DNA of 64,000 bases from a candidate division Zixibacteria bacterium RBG_16_53_22 (lineage in GTDB: Bacteria; Zixibacteria; MSB-5A5; UBA10806), in contig MEWP01000160.1 of the NCBI GenBank assembly GCA_001775395.1, forward strand, positions 266 to 64,265. Direction: 5' to 3'. The first letter of the stretch is position 1. Each line of letters opens with the position of its first letter. This document shows positions 50,702 through 60,450 of the stretch, one piece after another. The notes under the pieces were generated by a model, which had not been told where the DNA came from, searched no databases, and saw nothing but the letters and a program-made list of their open reading frames with translations. The position numbers and the translations under genes were made by a program.

Positions 50702-51462
50702 AGAAAAAACCCTCCGCGCTAATAGAGGACCTGAAAAAGCAGGTCCTGGCCAGGGGAAAACTCCCGGTGCATGTCGCCATCATAATGGATGGCAACGGGC
50801 GCTGGGCGCAGAAAAGGGGACTGCCTCGTACCGCGGGTCATAGAGAGGGCGTCAAAGCCGTCAAGCGTATCGTGCGCGTGGCCGGCGATATAGGGCTTAA
50901 GTACTTGACCCTGTTCACATTTTCTACGGAAAATTGGAAACGTCCCAAGAGCGAGGTCAGCGCCCTCATGAAGCTTTTAGGGGAAACCACCAAGCGCGAA
51001 CTCTCGGAGCTTTTGCAGAATAATGTCAGGCTCATCGCAACCGGCAACATAGAAGGGCTTCCCGACCTCAGGCGGGAGATATTAAAGGATGCCATCAAGA
51101 CAACCACTAACAACACCGGTTTGGTGTTGAATCTCGCCCTGAACTATTCCGGCCGCAACGAGATAATCCTGGCCGTAAGACAGATCGGGCGCGAAATAGC
51201 CGAGGGTAAGATAGACCCGGCCGGCATCGATGATAGTCTATTCGCCTCGTATCTGCAGACAAATGGTCTCCCCGAACCGGACCTGCTGATAAGGACATCG
51301 GGCGAAATGCGAATTTCAAACTTCCTGCTCTGGCAGACCGCCTATACCGAGCTTTACGTAACCAACATTCTCTGGCCAGATTTTTCGGAGGACGATTTTC
51401 TACATGCCATCCTCGATTTCCAAAGCCGAGAGCGACGTTTCGGGACCATCTCCCCGTCCTGA
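50698..51462 (+). CDS. uppS: Undecaprenyl diphosphate synthase
   Basis: HVAIIMDGNGRWA, FSTENWKRP, RTSGEMRISNFLLWQ. Confidence 0.97.
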   Translation: MKKKPSALIEDLKKQVLARGKLPVHVAIIMDGNGRWAQKRGLPRTAGHREGVKAVKRIVRVAGDIGLKYLTLFTFSTENWKRPKSEVSALMKLLGETTKRELSELLQNNVRLIATGNIEGLPDLRREILKDAIKTTTNNTGLVLNLALNYSGRNEIILAVRQIGREIAEGKIDPAGIDDSLFASYLQTNGLPEPDLLIRTSGEMRISNFLLWQTAYTELYVTNILWPDFSEDDFLHAILDFQSRERRFGTISPS

Positions 51463-51469
51463 GGTCGCA

Positions 51470-52285
51470 TTGCCCTTTTTTTCGGCTAATCTTTCCAGAA
51501 GACTATTAGTAGCGTTAATTGGTATTCCGGCGCTTGTCTTTATCTCTTACAAGGGCGGATACTGGCTTTATGCTTTCTGTATCCTTGTGGCAGTGCTGGG
51601 CAGTTGGGAATTGGCGGCGATGCTTTTGGCCAAGAATGTCAGGGTCGGGAAGCGCCTGGCCACGCTATTGGCGATTGTGCTGGTATCGATGTTTCAATTC
51701 AGCAAATTCGGCCAGCTTGGGCTGTTTGTCATCTTCATCTTATTTATGCTGGCGGCTGTCCTGAAACTTATCGAAACCGGGGTAGTGAATTATACATCGC
51801 GGCTGGCCATGGCGATCCTAACTGCCATCTACCCGGGATTCTTCGTCTCGTTTTCAATTTTAATTCATCGTGAATTTGCCCCGACAGGCTGGGTTTTCCT
51901 GTTGTTCATTTTCGCCAACACCTGGCTGGCTGACACATTCGCTTACGCTTTTGGGCGATGGCTGGGGAAAAGAAAACTTGCCCCGACCATATCGCCCGCC
52001 AAGACCCGGGTCGGCCTAATAGCCTCATTTCCCGGAGGATTGATAGCGGCATACATGGCAAAACCATTCCTGCCGAATTGGTCGATCGGCAGCCTGATAG
52101 CGCTTTCGATAATCGCGACCGCCTTCGGTCAAATCGGTGACCTGGTGGAATCGGCAATTAAACGCGATTGCGGTGTTAAGGACTCATCGAGCCTGATACC
52201 CGGACATGGCGGCGTACTGGACCGCTTCGACTCCTTTGTAATCGCATTGCCTGCAATTTACTTTGCGGTGCGCCTGTTTAGCTGA
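51470..52285 (+). CDS. cdsA: Phosphatidate cytidylyltransferase
   Basis: ADTFAY, ISPAKT, GDLVESAIKR..GVKDSS.LIPGHGGVLDRFD. Confidence 0.95.
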   Translation: MPFFSANLSRRLLVALIGIPALVFISYKGGYWLYAFCILVAVLGSWELAAMLLAKNVRVGKRLATLLAIVLVSMFQFSKFGQLGLFVIFILFMLAAVLKLIETGVVNYTSRLAMAILTAIYPGFFVSFSILIHREFAPTGWVFLLFIFANTWLADTFAYAFGRWLGKRKLAPTISPAKTRVGLIASFPGGLIAAYMAKPFLPNWSIGSLIALSIIATAFGQIGDLVESAIKRDCGVKDSSSLIPGHGGVLDRFDSFVIALPAIYFAVRLFS

Positions 52286-53214
52286 TGTCAGCCGCGACAT
52301 CTGATAATATCAAGCCAAGAGCCAACATAGCCGATTACTTTTTCTTTTTGAGGCCCATGCTGCATCCTCCGGTATGGACAATTGTCATTTTGGGGTTTTT
52401 TCGAATATCGGATAACTACTCTTTCAAATTAGGGCTGCTTATGCTGACGTCGTCAGCGGCCGCCTCCTGGGCATTTATCTTAAACCAACTTAGCGACATT
52501 GAATCGGATCGACTCAACCGCAAGTTGTTTTTTCTACCGCAAAATATTATTACCCCTGCGGCGGCCAAAATATTGGCGGCAGGCATGTTAATTTCAACTA
52601 TATCTGGTGGTTTCGCCCTCGGCCCGGAAATAGGGCTGCTTTTTGTGTTTGGCCTTCTTCTTGGCTTTGCTTATTCCGTTAAGCCCTTTGACTGGCGGGC
52701 TCGCCCGCTAGCCGGTTTTCTGAGCAACGCTGTCGCTCACGGTACGCTTCCATTTGCCGCGGGATATATTGTGGCCGGGGGAGAACCCCTGGCCGGTTTA
52801 ATGAGATCCATTCCTTATTTCCTCGCAGTCGGTGGGGTATTTATCGCCACGACCATACCCGATTATGAAGGAGACAGAAAATCCGGCAAAGTGACCCCGG
52901 CAGTCAGGCTGGGGATGAATATGGCCTCGGCCTTAATGACGCTCTGCACGATCTTGGCGATAATCTCCGCCTGGCTTTTTCATGACACGGCATTGGCGAT
53001 TTCGGGCCTGACTTCGTTGCCTTTTTACTTTCTCAATTGGGTGAAAACATCGGCTCGAAATTCCGCCCTTGCCGCCAAGATATCGATCTTATTCCTGTCC
53101 CTGGCGGCCGGGTGGTATTTTCGCCCATACCTCCTGATTATGCTGATTCTCATTCTGCTGACGCGCATTTATTATAAATGGCGTTTCAAAATGACATATC
53201 CCACGCTTGCCTAA
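52285..53214 (+). CDS. UbiA-superfamily membrane prenyltransferase
   Basis: NQLSDIESDRLN and PDYEGDRKSGKVT Asp-rich motifs, YS..P, about 8-9 TM. Confidence 0.85.
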   Translation: MSAATSDNIKPRANIADYFFFLRPMLHPPVWTIVILGFFRISDNYSFKLGLLMLTSSAAASWAFILNQLSDIESDRLNRKLFFLPQNIITPAAAKILAAGMLISTISGGFALGPEIGLLFVFGLLLGFAYSVKPFDWRARPLAGFLSNAVAHGTLPFAAGYIVAGGEPLAGLMRSIPYFLAVGGVFIATTIPDYEGDRKSGKVTPAVRLGMNMASALMTLCTILAIISAWLFHDTALAISGLTSLPFYFLNWVKTSARNSALAAKISILFLSLAAGWYFRPYLLIMLILILLTRIYYKWRFKMTYPTLA

Positions 53215-53248
53215 TTTCGGCATTTATAAAGTCGATAAGGTAAGTGAT

Positions 53249-53743
53249 ATGGGACGTGCACCATGTTTAGCCATTGGAGCTTTGATTTTTCTTTCGGCTT
53301 GCGGGGGCCCGGTCAGGCAGGATGCGCCAATTCCCGAACCCCTGCCGAAAGAGATCGTAAAGAAGCTTGTCACCGAGGCCAAGAGCCATATCGGCGAGCC
53401 TTATAGGTTTGGGGGCACCACCGGCCGGGGCTGGGACTGCTCCGGCTTTGTCCGCACCATGTATTTGCGGGCCATGGGGGCCAGGCTTCCCAGGTCGGCC
53501 AGGGAGATGTACGAGAGATGTCGGCCGATCCCGTATTTCAAGAAGAGAGAGGGCGACCTGGTATTTTTCCAGATAAGATCCCAGAAGCCTTCGCATGTTG
53601 GAATTCTCATCAAAAATAATAAATTCATACACGTATCGATTTCGGAGGGCGTGATAGTCTCTTCGCTCGAAGATGAATATTACAGGAAATATATCCTCGG
53701 TATCAGGCGCCTGACTCCGGATCTGGTCGCCATCTCTCGCTGA
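53249..53743 (+). CDS. NlpC/P60 (C40) peptidoglycan endopeptidase lipoprotein
   Basis: Lipobox LSAC, PYRFGG, DCSGF, GDLVFF, HVGI, FIH. Confidence 0.92.
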   Translation: MGRAPCLAIGALIFLSACGGPVRQDAPIPEPLPKEIVKKLVTEAKSHIGEPYRFGGTTGRGWDCSGFVRTMYLRAMGARLPRSAREMYERCRPIPYFKKREGDLVFFQIRSQKPSHVGILIKNNKFIHVSISEGVIVSSLEDEYYRKYILGIRRLTPDLVAISR

Positions 53744-53858
53744 ATCCCCGTTTTCCCGAATTCACTTGAAATTATAGCCGTTATCTCATAAATATTCTCG
53801 GCATTGCCGGGTATATTCATCGTATTCATATATTGTGAATGAAACCACGGAGGAAACC

Positions 53859-54173
53859 ATGATCGTAACCACAACTCCCAATGTCGAAAGCAGGAACATC
53901 CGGGAATATAAGGGAATCGTGACCGGCGAGGCCATCATGGGCGCCAACATATTTCGCGATTTCTTCGCCTCCATCACCGATATAGTCGGCGGCCGCTCGG
54001 CAGCCTATGAAAAGGAGCTGTCCAAGGCCCGGACTGTCGCGTTCGACGAAATGACGCAGAAGGCGCGCGAGCTCGGCTGCGACGCGATAGTCGGGGTTGA
54101 CCTTGACTACGAGGTTATTCGAGATGGAATGCTGATGGTCACCGTCTCGGGCACGGCGGTCAGCCTGGGCTGA
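53859..54173 (+). CDS. YbjQ/UPF0145 family protein
   Basis: [28 protein letters not shown]. Confidence 0.92.
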   Translation: MIVTTTPNVESRNIREYKGIVTGEAIMGANIFRDFFASITDIVGGRSAAYEKELSKARTVAFDEMTQKARELGCDAIVGVDLDYEVIRDGMLMVTVSGTAVSLG

Positions 54174-54270
54174 TTTTATTGCCTTGATAATATCGTAGCT
54201 GCGTGATACAATCGTGGATGGAACAGTCATTCTGGAAACTATCATCGAAAAATATTAAAGGAGAACTGAC

Positions 54271-55122
54271 GTGGCCGAATATCATAATTGCCCAAATTGC
54301 GGCCAGCCCATCGGCGCCGACGACAGGTTTTGCAGCAATTGCGGCCAGCCTTTGGAGCGCAGGCCCTTGGAAGAACCCATACCCTCGTCGCCGCCGACCC
54401 CTCCTCAGCCGCCACAACCTCCTCCGCCAGCCGCAGAAGTACTCAGGTATGTGCCCTGGGAGGATCGGCAGAAGGTGGGCTTTTTCAAGGCCCTCTGGGA
54501 AACCTGGAAAGAATCGGTATTCTACCCCAACCGGTTCTTTTCTCGCGCGCCTTATAGCGGCGGCCTGGCAAGCCCCATGCTATACGCCGTAATCGTGGTC
54601 TGGGTCAGCTATGCCATCAACCAGTTGACCGGATTGCTTTTGTCAAGTTTCACGATCGGCTTTATAGCCAATATGATACATGACGAACAACTCCTTGAAA
54701 GCCTCGGGCTGCTCGGCGGGCTTGGTTTCCTGCAGGTCCTTGGAATCCTGGTGTTGCTGCCATTCATGATTATTGCGGCATTATTCATCGGAAGCGGCAT
54801 CTATCACCTGATCTTGATGATTTTCGGATGGAATAAACGCAATTTCGAGGCCACATTCCGGGCGATTTCCTACGGTGTTGGGCCTCTTATATTCATGATC
54901 GTGCCGGCATGCGGCTCATTGATCGGTTATGTCTGGGTTCTGGTCTTAACAATACTCGGCATAAAGCATCTGCAGAAGACAACCGGGGGCCAGGCCTCCT
55001 TTGTGGTATTGCTGCCACTGATTTTATGCTGTTGTCTGATAGCTCTGCTGGCGGCCTTTTTCGGCGCCGCTATTATGGCGCTCATCCAAGGCGCGATGAG
55101 CGGAGGATATTATTACGATTAG
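54271..55122 (+). CDS. Zinc-ribbon + Pro-rich linker + Yip1-like membrane protein
   Basis: CPNCG...FCSNCG, PPPPP linker, PWE...P..FF, about 5 TM. Confidence 0.8.
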   Translation: MAEYHNCPNCGQPIGADDRFCSNCGQPLERRPLEEPIPSSPPTPPQPPQPPPPAAEVLRYVPWEDRQKVGFFKALWETWKESVFYPNRFFSRAPYSGGLASPMLYAVIVVWVSYAINQLTGLLLSSFTIGFIANMIHDEQLLESLGLLGGLGFLQVLGILVLLPFMIIAALFIGSGIYHLILMIFGWNKRNFEATFRAISYGVGPLIFMIVPACGSLIGYVWVLVLTILGIKHLQKTTGGQASFVVLLPLILCCCLIALLAAFFGAAIMALIQGAMSGGYYYD

Positions 55123-55232
55123 GTTTCCAGATACCTAATTGTAAGATGGTCTAAGCAACGGCAGAATTGGATTTCGGATTTCAGCGCAGGGGCGTGTTTT
55201 AATGCGCCCCTGCATCGTTTGAAATTGAAAAT

Positions 55233-55640
55233 ATGCTTATTCGAACTGAACAGGGCCGGCCCAAATCGCCTATACATCTGATCTGGGGCGGCATCGCCAT
55301 CGCCGGAATCGCTTTAGTCGGCCTTCTGAAAAATCACCTGGAGCTGCTTCCGGCCTGCGTCTTCAAAAAGGCAACCGGCATTGCCTGCCTGACATGCGGC
55401 GCAACCAGGTCGGTGACAGCACTTTCGGATTTTCGATTAGCCGATTCGTTCCTGTTTAACCCCTTGGCGATGTTGTTTCTGGTCGGCCTCATCGCATTCT
55501 CGTTCCTGGTCGGATTCGGCCTCATCTTTGGAAGAAGGCTCGAAATCAGGATGACAGCGAGGGAATCATGGATTATCCGCAGTACGGTCATCGGCGCCGT
55601 AGTTGCCAACTGGATTTACCTGATAAGTCATTTGGCATAA
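55233..55640 (+). CDS. DUF2752-like membrane protein
   Basis: C.FK..TG..C..CGATR, FNPL. Confidence 0.8.
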   Translation: MLIRTEQGRPKSPIHLIWGGIAIAGIALVGLLKNHLELLPACVFKKATGIACLTCGATRSVTALSDFRLADSFLFNPLAMLFLVGLIAFSFLVGFGLIFGRRLEIRMTARESWIIRSTVIGAVVANWIYLISHLA

Positions 55641-55731
55641 GCGGCCGGATTCTCGGGGGTTGATATTTGAGCGCCCATTTATTATCATAATCGATAATTC
55701 TAATTTTCTACGACTTGAGGAACAGCAGCTA

Positions 55732-56160
55732 ATGTCTTTCAGAAAAATCTTTATCTCCGGAGTAATACAGGGATCCTCGAGGGATAAAGGGATTCACTCC
55801 CAGGAATATCGGGTACAATTGAGGGAGATACTCAAGAGAGCCTACCCCCAGGCGGAAATATGCGATCCGTTCGACGGCCACGAGAACTCGGTCGATTACG
55901 ACGACGAGACCGGCAGAAGGACTTTCTACGGCCATCTCGAGCATGTCAGAAGCTCCGATCTGTTAATAGCCTATCTTCCGCATGCCTCACTGGGAACCGC
56001 CATCGAGATTTGGGAGTCTCATAAGAATAAGATTCCGGTCTGGACGATTTCACCCATGAAGACGAACTGGGTGATCAGGTTTTGTTCGGACAGGGTTTTC
56101 GAGGATATCGAAGCTTTTTCAGAGTATCTGAAAAATGAATCCATCGAGGAAATTCAATAA
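55732..56160 (+). CDS. Nucleoside 2-deoxyribosyltransferase-like fold protein
   Basis: IFISG, SDLLIAY, SLGTAIE, IPV. Confidence 0.65.
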   Translation: MSFRKIFISGVIQGSSRDKGIHSQEYRVQLREILKRAYPQAEICDPFDGHENSVDYDDETGRRTFYGHLEHVRSSDLLIAYLPHASLGTAIEIWESHKNKIPVWTISPMKTNWVIRFCSDRVFEDIEAFSEYLKNESIEEIQ

Positions 56161-56474
56161 TGCCAACATACGAATACAGATGCCGCGATTGCGGAGAGAA
56201 ATTCGACGAGTTTCAGAAGATATCCGATCCGCCATTGGCCAAATGTCCGTTCTGCGGCGGGGATGTCGACAGGCTTATATCGGGCGGGTTAGGAGTGCTT
56301 TTCAAGGGCTCCGGATTCTACCTTACCGATTACAGATCCGAAAGCTATAAGAGGGCCGCCGAAAAGGACAAATCCGGCGAATTTTCATCGAAAGTGTCGC
56401 CCTCTGCCGAAAAATCGGCTGAGTCGGAAAAGGCCTCAGCCAAAGATAATAAGAGTATCCACAAGAAAGATTAA
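56160..56474 (+). CDS. FmdB-family zinc-ribbon protein
   Basis: MPTYEYRCRDCG...CPFCGG...FKGSGFY.TDY. Confidence 0.9.
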   Translation: MPTYEYRCRDCGEKFDEFQKISDPPLAKCPFCGGDVDRLISGGLGVLFKGSGFYLTDYRSESYKRAAEKDKSGEFSSKVSPSAEKSAESEKASAKDNKSIHKKD

Positions 56475-57523
56475 GTTTTTATAGTGTGATTCTGTTGGTC
56501 TATCATCTGCCCGGCCAACTGCCCGCATGCGCCCTTTATATCGACCCCGCGGCTTTCTCTTACGGTTACGGCGTATACCCGCGGATTGAGATATCCCTGG
56601 AATCGTAATACATCCTTTTCGCGCGGACGTTCGAAGGGGAGACCATCGACAGGATTATACCTCATCAGATTGATCTTGCAGGGGATCCCGTGAATGATCT
56701 TCACCAGCTTTTTGGCATCGGTGATAGAATCGTTGATTCCCCCCAACAGAAGATACTCGAACGAGATTCGCCTTCTGGTAAGCTCTGTATACCGCTTGGC
56801 CTGGGCCATGATTTCCGACAGCGGATTTTTCTTGGCCACCGGCATTATTCCTTGACGGGTACTCTCATCGGCCGAATGAAGAGACAGCGCCAGGCCGAGC
56901 TTGTTGGCGGCGACCACGAATTTTTTCATCCCCCTGACAATGCCGACGGTCGAAATGGTGATCTTCTTTTGCGACAGCGCCGGGCCATAATCATCATTGA
57001 GTATGCGGCAGGCTTTGAGGACATTATCGAGGTTAAGCATCGGTTCTCCCATGCCCATGAAAACGACATTGGATATCCGCCGCCTGGAAACTCTCTGGGC
57101 ATGAATGAACTGATCGACTATTTCGCCGGCCTTCAGATTCCGCTTGTAACCCAGATTCCCGGTGGCGCAAAAAGCGCATTTGGCCGGACACCCTGCCTGG
57201 CTCGAGACACACAATGTTACCCTGTCGGCTTCCGGGATAAGAACAGATTCGATGTGGGGGCCGTCCGCGAGCCTGAATAGGAACTTCGTCGAACCATCGA
57301 CAGACTCAAGCATTTGGACCCGCTCCAATTCGGAGATCATGGCCGCCTCGGAAAGCTTCTGGCGGAGACCCTTTGAAATATCGCTCATCGGGCTAAAATC
57401 CCGAGCCCACTCCTGATATATCCAGCGGAATATCTGTTTACCGCGGAATCGGTCCAGCCCGAGGCTTTGGACGAACGCCTCGACCTCGGTTCTGCCCATC
57501 CCCTTTAAATCGACCCTTTCCAT
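56471..57523 (-). CDS. rlmN: Dual-specificity RNA methyltransferase RlmN
   Basis: CVSSQAGC, CxxxCxxC, MGMGEP, SLH, ACGQL. Confidence 0.96.
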   Translation of the reverse strand: MERVDLKGMGRTEVEAFVQSLGLDRFRGKQIFRWIYQEWARDFSPMSDISKGLRQKLSEAAMISELERVQMLESVDGSTKFLFRLADGPHIESVLIPEADRVTLCVSSQAGCPAKCAFCATGNLGYKRNLKAGEIVDQFIHAQRVSRRRISNVVFMGMGEPMLNLDNVLKACRILNDDYGPALSQKKITISTVGIVRGMKKFVVAANKLGLALSLHSADESTRQGIMPVAKKNPLSEIMAQAKRYTELTRRRISFEYLLLGGINDSITDAKKLVKIIHGIPCKINLMRYNPVDGLPFERPREKDVLRFQGYLNPRVYAVTVRESRGVDIKGACGQLAGQMIDQQNHTIKT

Positions 57524-57608
57524 GATCGCGAAATTTAACCGTCGCCGACACATTTTCAAAATGATTTGTCTTGACGTTAACTGTTGCTCTTCCTAAGCTT
57601 TAGTTGTT

Positions 57609-58421
57609 ATGAGAGTTGCATTTATTCAATTTAACCCGGAGTTCGGACAAGTTAAGCAAAACATCGCCAGGGCCAGGAGCTTGATCGCCAGGGAAAAGGC
57701 GGAGCTTTATGTATTGCCGGAGCTCTGTTTTTCAGGTTATACCTTCATTTCGAAAGAGGAGGCCTTCTCTTTATCTGAGCCGGCCGATGACGGGTTCGCA
57801 ATCAACGAAATGAAGAGTATATCTGCCGAACTCGAAGCCGCTATTGTGTTTGGTTTCCCGGAACGCTCGGGCGATGATCTGTTCAATTCTTGCGCATTAA
57901 TCAGGCCAGATGGCTCACTTCGGATCTACAGGAAAATTCACCTTTTTATGCACGAGAAGGAATGGTTTAAACCTGGAGATAAACCCTTTGAAATACATAA
58001 ACTTAATGGATGTCAAATTGGCATGATGATTTGTTTTGATTGGCGATTCCCGGAGGCCGCCAGAACGCTGGCTTTGGCTGGCGCCCATTTGCTGTGTCAT
58101 CCGGCCAATCTGGTGATGCCACATTGCCAAACGGCCATGATCACCAGGTCCCTTGAAAATGGGATTTTCTCTATCACGGCAAACAGATATGGACACGAGA
58201 AAAGGGGAGCATACGAAAACATCTTTACCGGCCGAAGCCAGATAGTGGGTCCACGAGGGGAAGTGCTGGTTTCTGCATCCAGCGGTAAAGATGAGATTGG
58301 TGTTGCCGATATTAATTATAGAGAAAGCGAGGATAAGGCGATTAGTCTTCAAAATAACCTCTGGGCTGACCGTCGGCCCGAATTCTATCATAGAGAAAAC
58401 TATGGCGAGAAAAGGTCATAA
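57609..58421 (+). CDS. Carbon-nitrogen hydrolase (nitrilase/amidase family)
   Basis: LPEL, YRKIHL, ICFDWRFPE catalytic triad. Confidence 0.92.
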   Translation: MRVAFIQFNPEFGQVKQNIARARSLIAREKAELYVLPELCFSGYTFISKEEAFSLSEPADDGFAINEMKSISAELEAAIVFGFPERSGDDLFNSCALIRPDGSLRIYRKIHLFMHEKEWFKPGDKPFEIHKLNGCQIGMMICFDWRFPEAARTLALAGAHLLCHPANLVMPHCQTAMITRSLENGIFSITANRYGHEKRGAYENIFTGRSQIVGPRGEVLVSASSGKDEIGVADINYRESEDKAISLQNNLWADRRPEFYHRENYGEKRS

Positions 58422-58788
58422 GATACTGGTAATCGATGATGATCCGGAAATAACCGACATCATCAAATCGTTTCTGACAAACGCGGGGTATGATGTTTTG
58501 GTCGAGAATTCGTCCGTGATCGGTATCGAAAAGGCCAAATCATTCAGGCCGGATCTGGTCCTGCTGGACATCATGATGCCTGTCATGGATGGCTACGAGG
58601 TCTGCAGCAGCATCAAGAAAGACATTTCGTTGTGCACCGTGCCGATTCTATTCTTGACCGGCAAAGAGGCGGGTGAGGATGCCGGTATGAGTTTCAAGGC
58701 GGGCGCCGATCTTTTTATCAAAAAGCCATTCTCGTGTGAACGGCTCCTGCAGATGGTGAAAATGGTGCTGATCTCGGTAGCCAAGTAA
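58402..58788 (+). CDS. Single-domain response regulator
   Basis: ILVIDDD, LLDIMMPVMDG, LTG, KPF. Confidence 0.92.
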   Translation: MARKGHKILVIDDDPEITDIIKSFLTNAGYDVLVENSSVIGIEKAKSFRPDLVLLDIMMPVMDGYEVCSSIKKDISLCTVPILFLTGKEAGEDAGMSFKAGADLFIKKPFSCERLLQMVKMVLISVAK

Positions 58789-58808
58789 TGCCTTCTCCAT
58801 TCGTCTTG

Positions 58809-58838
58809 CCGCGGGTCCCGAAGGACTCGCGGTTTTTT
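58809..58838 (+). terminator. Intrinsic terminator
   Basis: CCGCGGGTCC-CGAA-GGACTCGCGG followed by TTTTTT. Confidence 0.8.
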
Positions 58839-58840
58839 AT

Positions 58841-58870
58841 TTGACCCTTTGTGTCAATATTGCATATAAT
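58841..58870 (+). promoter_or_regulatory. sigma70 promoter with overlapping TTGAC-N7-GTCAA palindrome
   Basis: TTGACC-18 nt-TATAAT, 8 nt before ATG 58879 (near-leaderless). Confidence 0.6.
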
Positions 58871-58878
58871 GCCGCATT

Positions 58879-59670
58879 ATGAAATTTTGCAGACTGATGG
58901 CATTGTCGGTGCTGGCCATGACAGCCACGGTTTACGGCTCGCTGCCGCAACCTCTGGGATTCGTTTCAGATTATGTGGGATTGTTAGGCAGCCAGGAGGT
59001 TGATCGTATCACGCAGGCGGTGATGGCTATCGAGGCCAGCACGGGGGCCGAGATTGCTGTCATCATACAGGACACTCTCGGTGAATACGCCACTGTCGAA
59101 GAGACGGCGCTGGCCTACCTTTCAGAGTGGAAAATCGGGAAAAAGGGGACCGACAACGGGCTGGTCCTGTTAGTTGTGGTTGATCGATCTCGTCAACACG
59201 GGCAGTACAGATTTGAAACCGGGCGCGGGCTGGAGGGCGAATTACCCGATGGCCGCCTGGGCCAGATAGGTCGCGAGGACCTGGTGCCCTATTTCAGGCA
59301 GGGCGACTACGGCGGTGGGATTCTATCAGCGGTGGTCAGTATAGGCGAGGTTCTGGGGGCGGACATGAGCGCCTCCAGGCCCCAGAGGCGCCGGAGCAAC
59401 GGTTTTCCAACTCTGGGGATAATCATCGCGGTTTTCATACTGTTCATGATATTTGGGGGCGCCGGAAGAGGGGGACGCCGGGGATTCAGCGGCGGTACGG
59501 GCGGCTCCGACCTTTTATGGCTTATGCTCCTGGGAGGCATGGGGGGACGGCGGCGCGGCGGTGGATTCGGCGGAGGCGGTTTCGGAGGGGGCGGAGGTTT
59601 CGGCGGTGGATTCGGCGGCTTTGGCGGCGGCGGAGGCGGCGCCGGCGGTGGAGCCAGCGGCAGTTGGTAA
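58879..59670 (+). CDS. TPM-domain protein with Gly-rich tail
   Basis: VSDYVGLL, WKIGKKGTDNG, ETGRGLEG.LPD, GGGASGSW. Confidence 0.9.
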   Translation: MKFCRLMALSVLAMTATVYGSLPQPLGFVSDYVGLLGSQEVDRITQAVMAIEASTGAEIAVIIQDTLGEYATVEETALAYLSEWKIGKKGTDNGLVLLVVVDRSRQHGQYRFETGRGLEGELPDGRLGQIGREDLVPYFRQGDYGGGILSAVVSIGEVLGADMSASRPQRRRSNGFPTLGIIIAVFILFMIFGGAGRGGRRGFSGGTGGSDLLWLMLLGGMGGRRRGGGFGGGGFGGGGGFGGGFGGFGGGGGGAGGGASGSW

Positions 59671-59706
59671 GGGAACATTTTATGGTGCGTCGCACTATAA
59701 GATATT

Positions 59707-60282
59707 ATGAGGCTGATCAAGCGCCATAAGAATCGCAGGCTTTACGATTCCGAGCTTAAGAAGACTATAACTTTATCTGATATCAAATCATATATATTAA
59801 AAGATATCGACCTCAGGGTCGTAGATCACGTTAGCGGACGTGATATCACAATCCCGGTGCTGTCGCAAATCATCGGCACAAGCCGGGCCGATTTCAAGCG
59901 CTCGGGCGTGAAAGTGATAAACATGATCATCAGAAAGGGAGGAGTAGACATCATGGATATGTTCAAGAAGTTGGCTCTGGCCTCGATAGGCGCCGCTAAT
60001 CTGACCGCCGAGAAGCTGGAAGAGATGTTCGACGAGTTAGTGAAAAAGGGCGAGATGTCCGAGGACGAAAGATCGCGGGCAATCAAGGAATTCCTGGAAA
60101 AGACGGCCGAGTCGTCCGAAAAGGCGCGCAAGTGGACCGAGGATGCTTTTAAGAATATGTCGGCGAAATTCTCATCGAAATACAACGAGCAGATCGCCCA
60201 GCTTTCCGGCAGGATTGAGCAGCTCAACGTACGCCTGAATGAACTCGAGAAGAAGATCGAGGGCAAGTCCCCATCTCAATAA
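59707..60282 (+). CDS. PhaR-type DNA-binding domain fused to a phasin-like domain
   Basis: IKRHKNRRLYD...ITL...GRDIT; C-terminal half KKLALASIGAA..T.EK...DELVKKGEM. Confidence 0.8.
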   Translation: MRLIKRHKNRRLYDSELKKTITLSDIKSYILKDIDLRVVDHVSGRDITIPVLSQIIGTSRADFKRSGVKVINMIIRKGGVDIMDMFKKLALASIGAANLTAEKLEEMFDELVKKGEMSEDERSRAIKEFLEKTAESSEKARKWTEDAFKNMSAKFSSKYNEQIAQLSGRIEQLNVRLNELEKKIEGKSPSQ

Positions 60283-60367
60283 GCAGCATAATAAAGGCCC
60301 CCTTCATTTTCTCGATCGAAACCCGCCAATCGACGCGCGGGCCCTGGTCGAGGTACGGCAAAAACGA

Positions 60368-60397
60368 TTGACTCGATATCGTTGCCTCTCATATACT
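60368..60397 (+). promoter_or_regulatory. sigma70 promoter of the AarF/UbiB gene
   Basis: TTGACT-18 nt-TATACT. Confidence 0.55.
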
Positions 60398-60450
60398 CAC
60401 AATCGGCATTTATTGCATGAAGGGGATATCGTGGTTGAGAAGGAGTTGGC

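Noticed and set aside
59550..59665. GGC-rich tandem-like repeat
   Set aside because: Encodes the ordinary Gly-rich tail of TPM-domain proteins; not CRISPR or VNTR.
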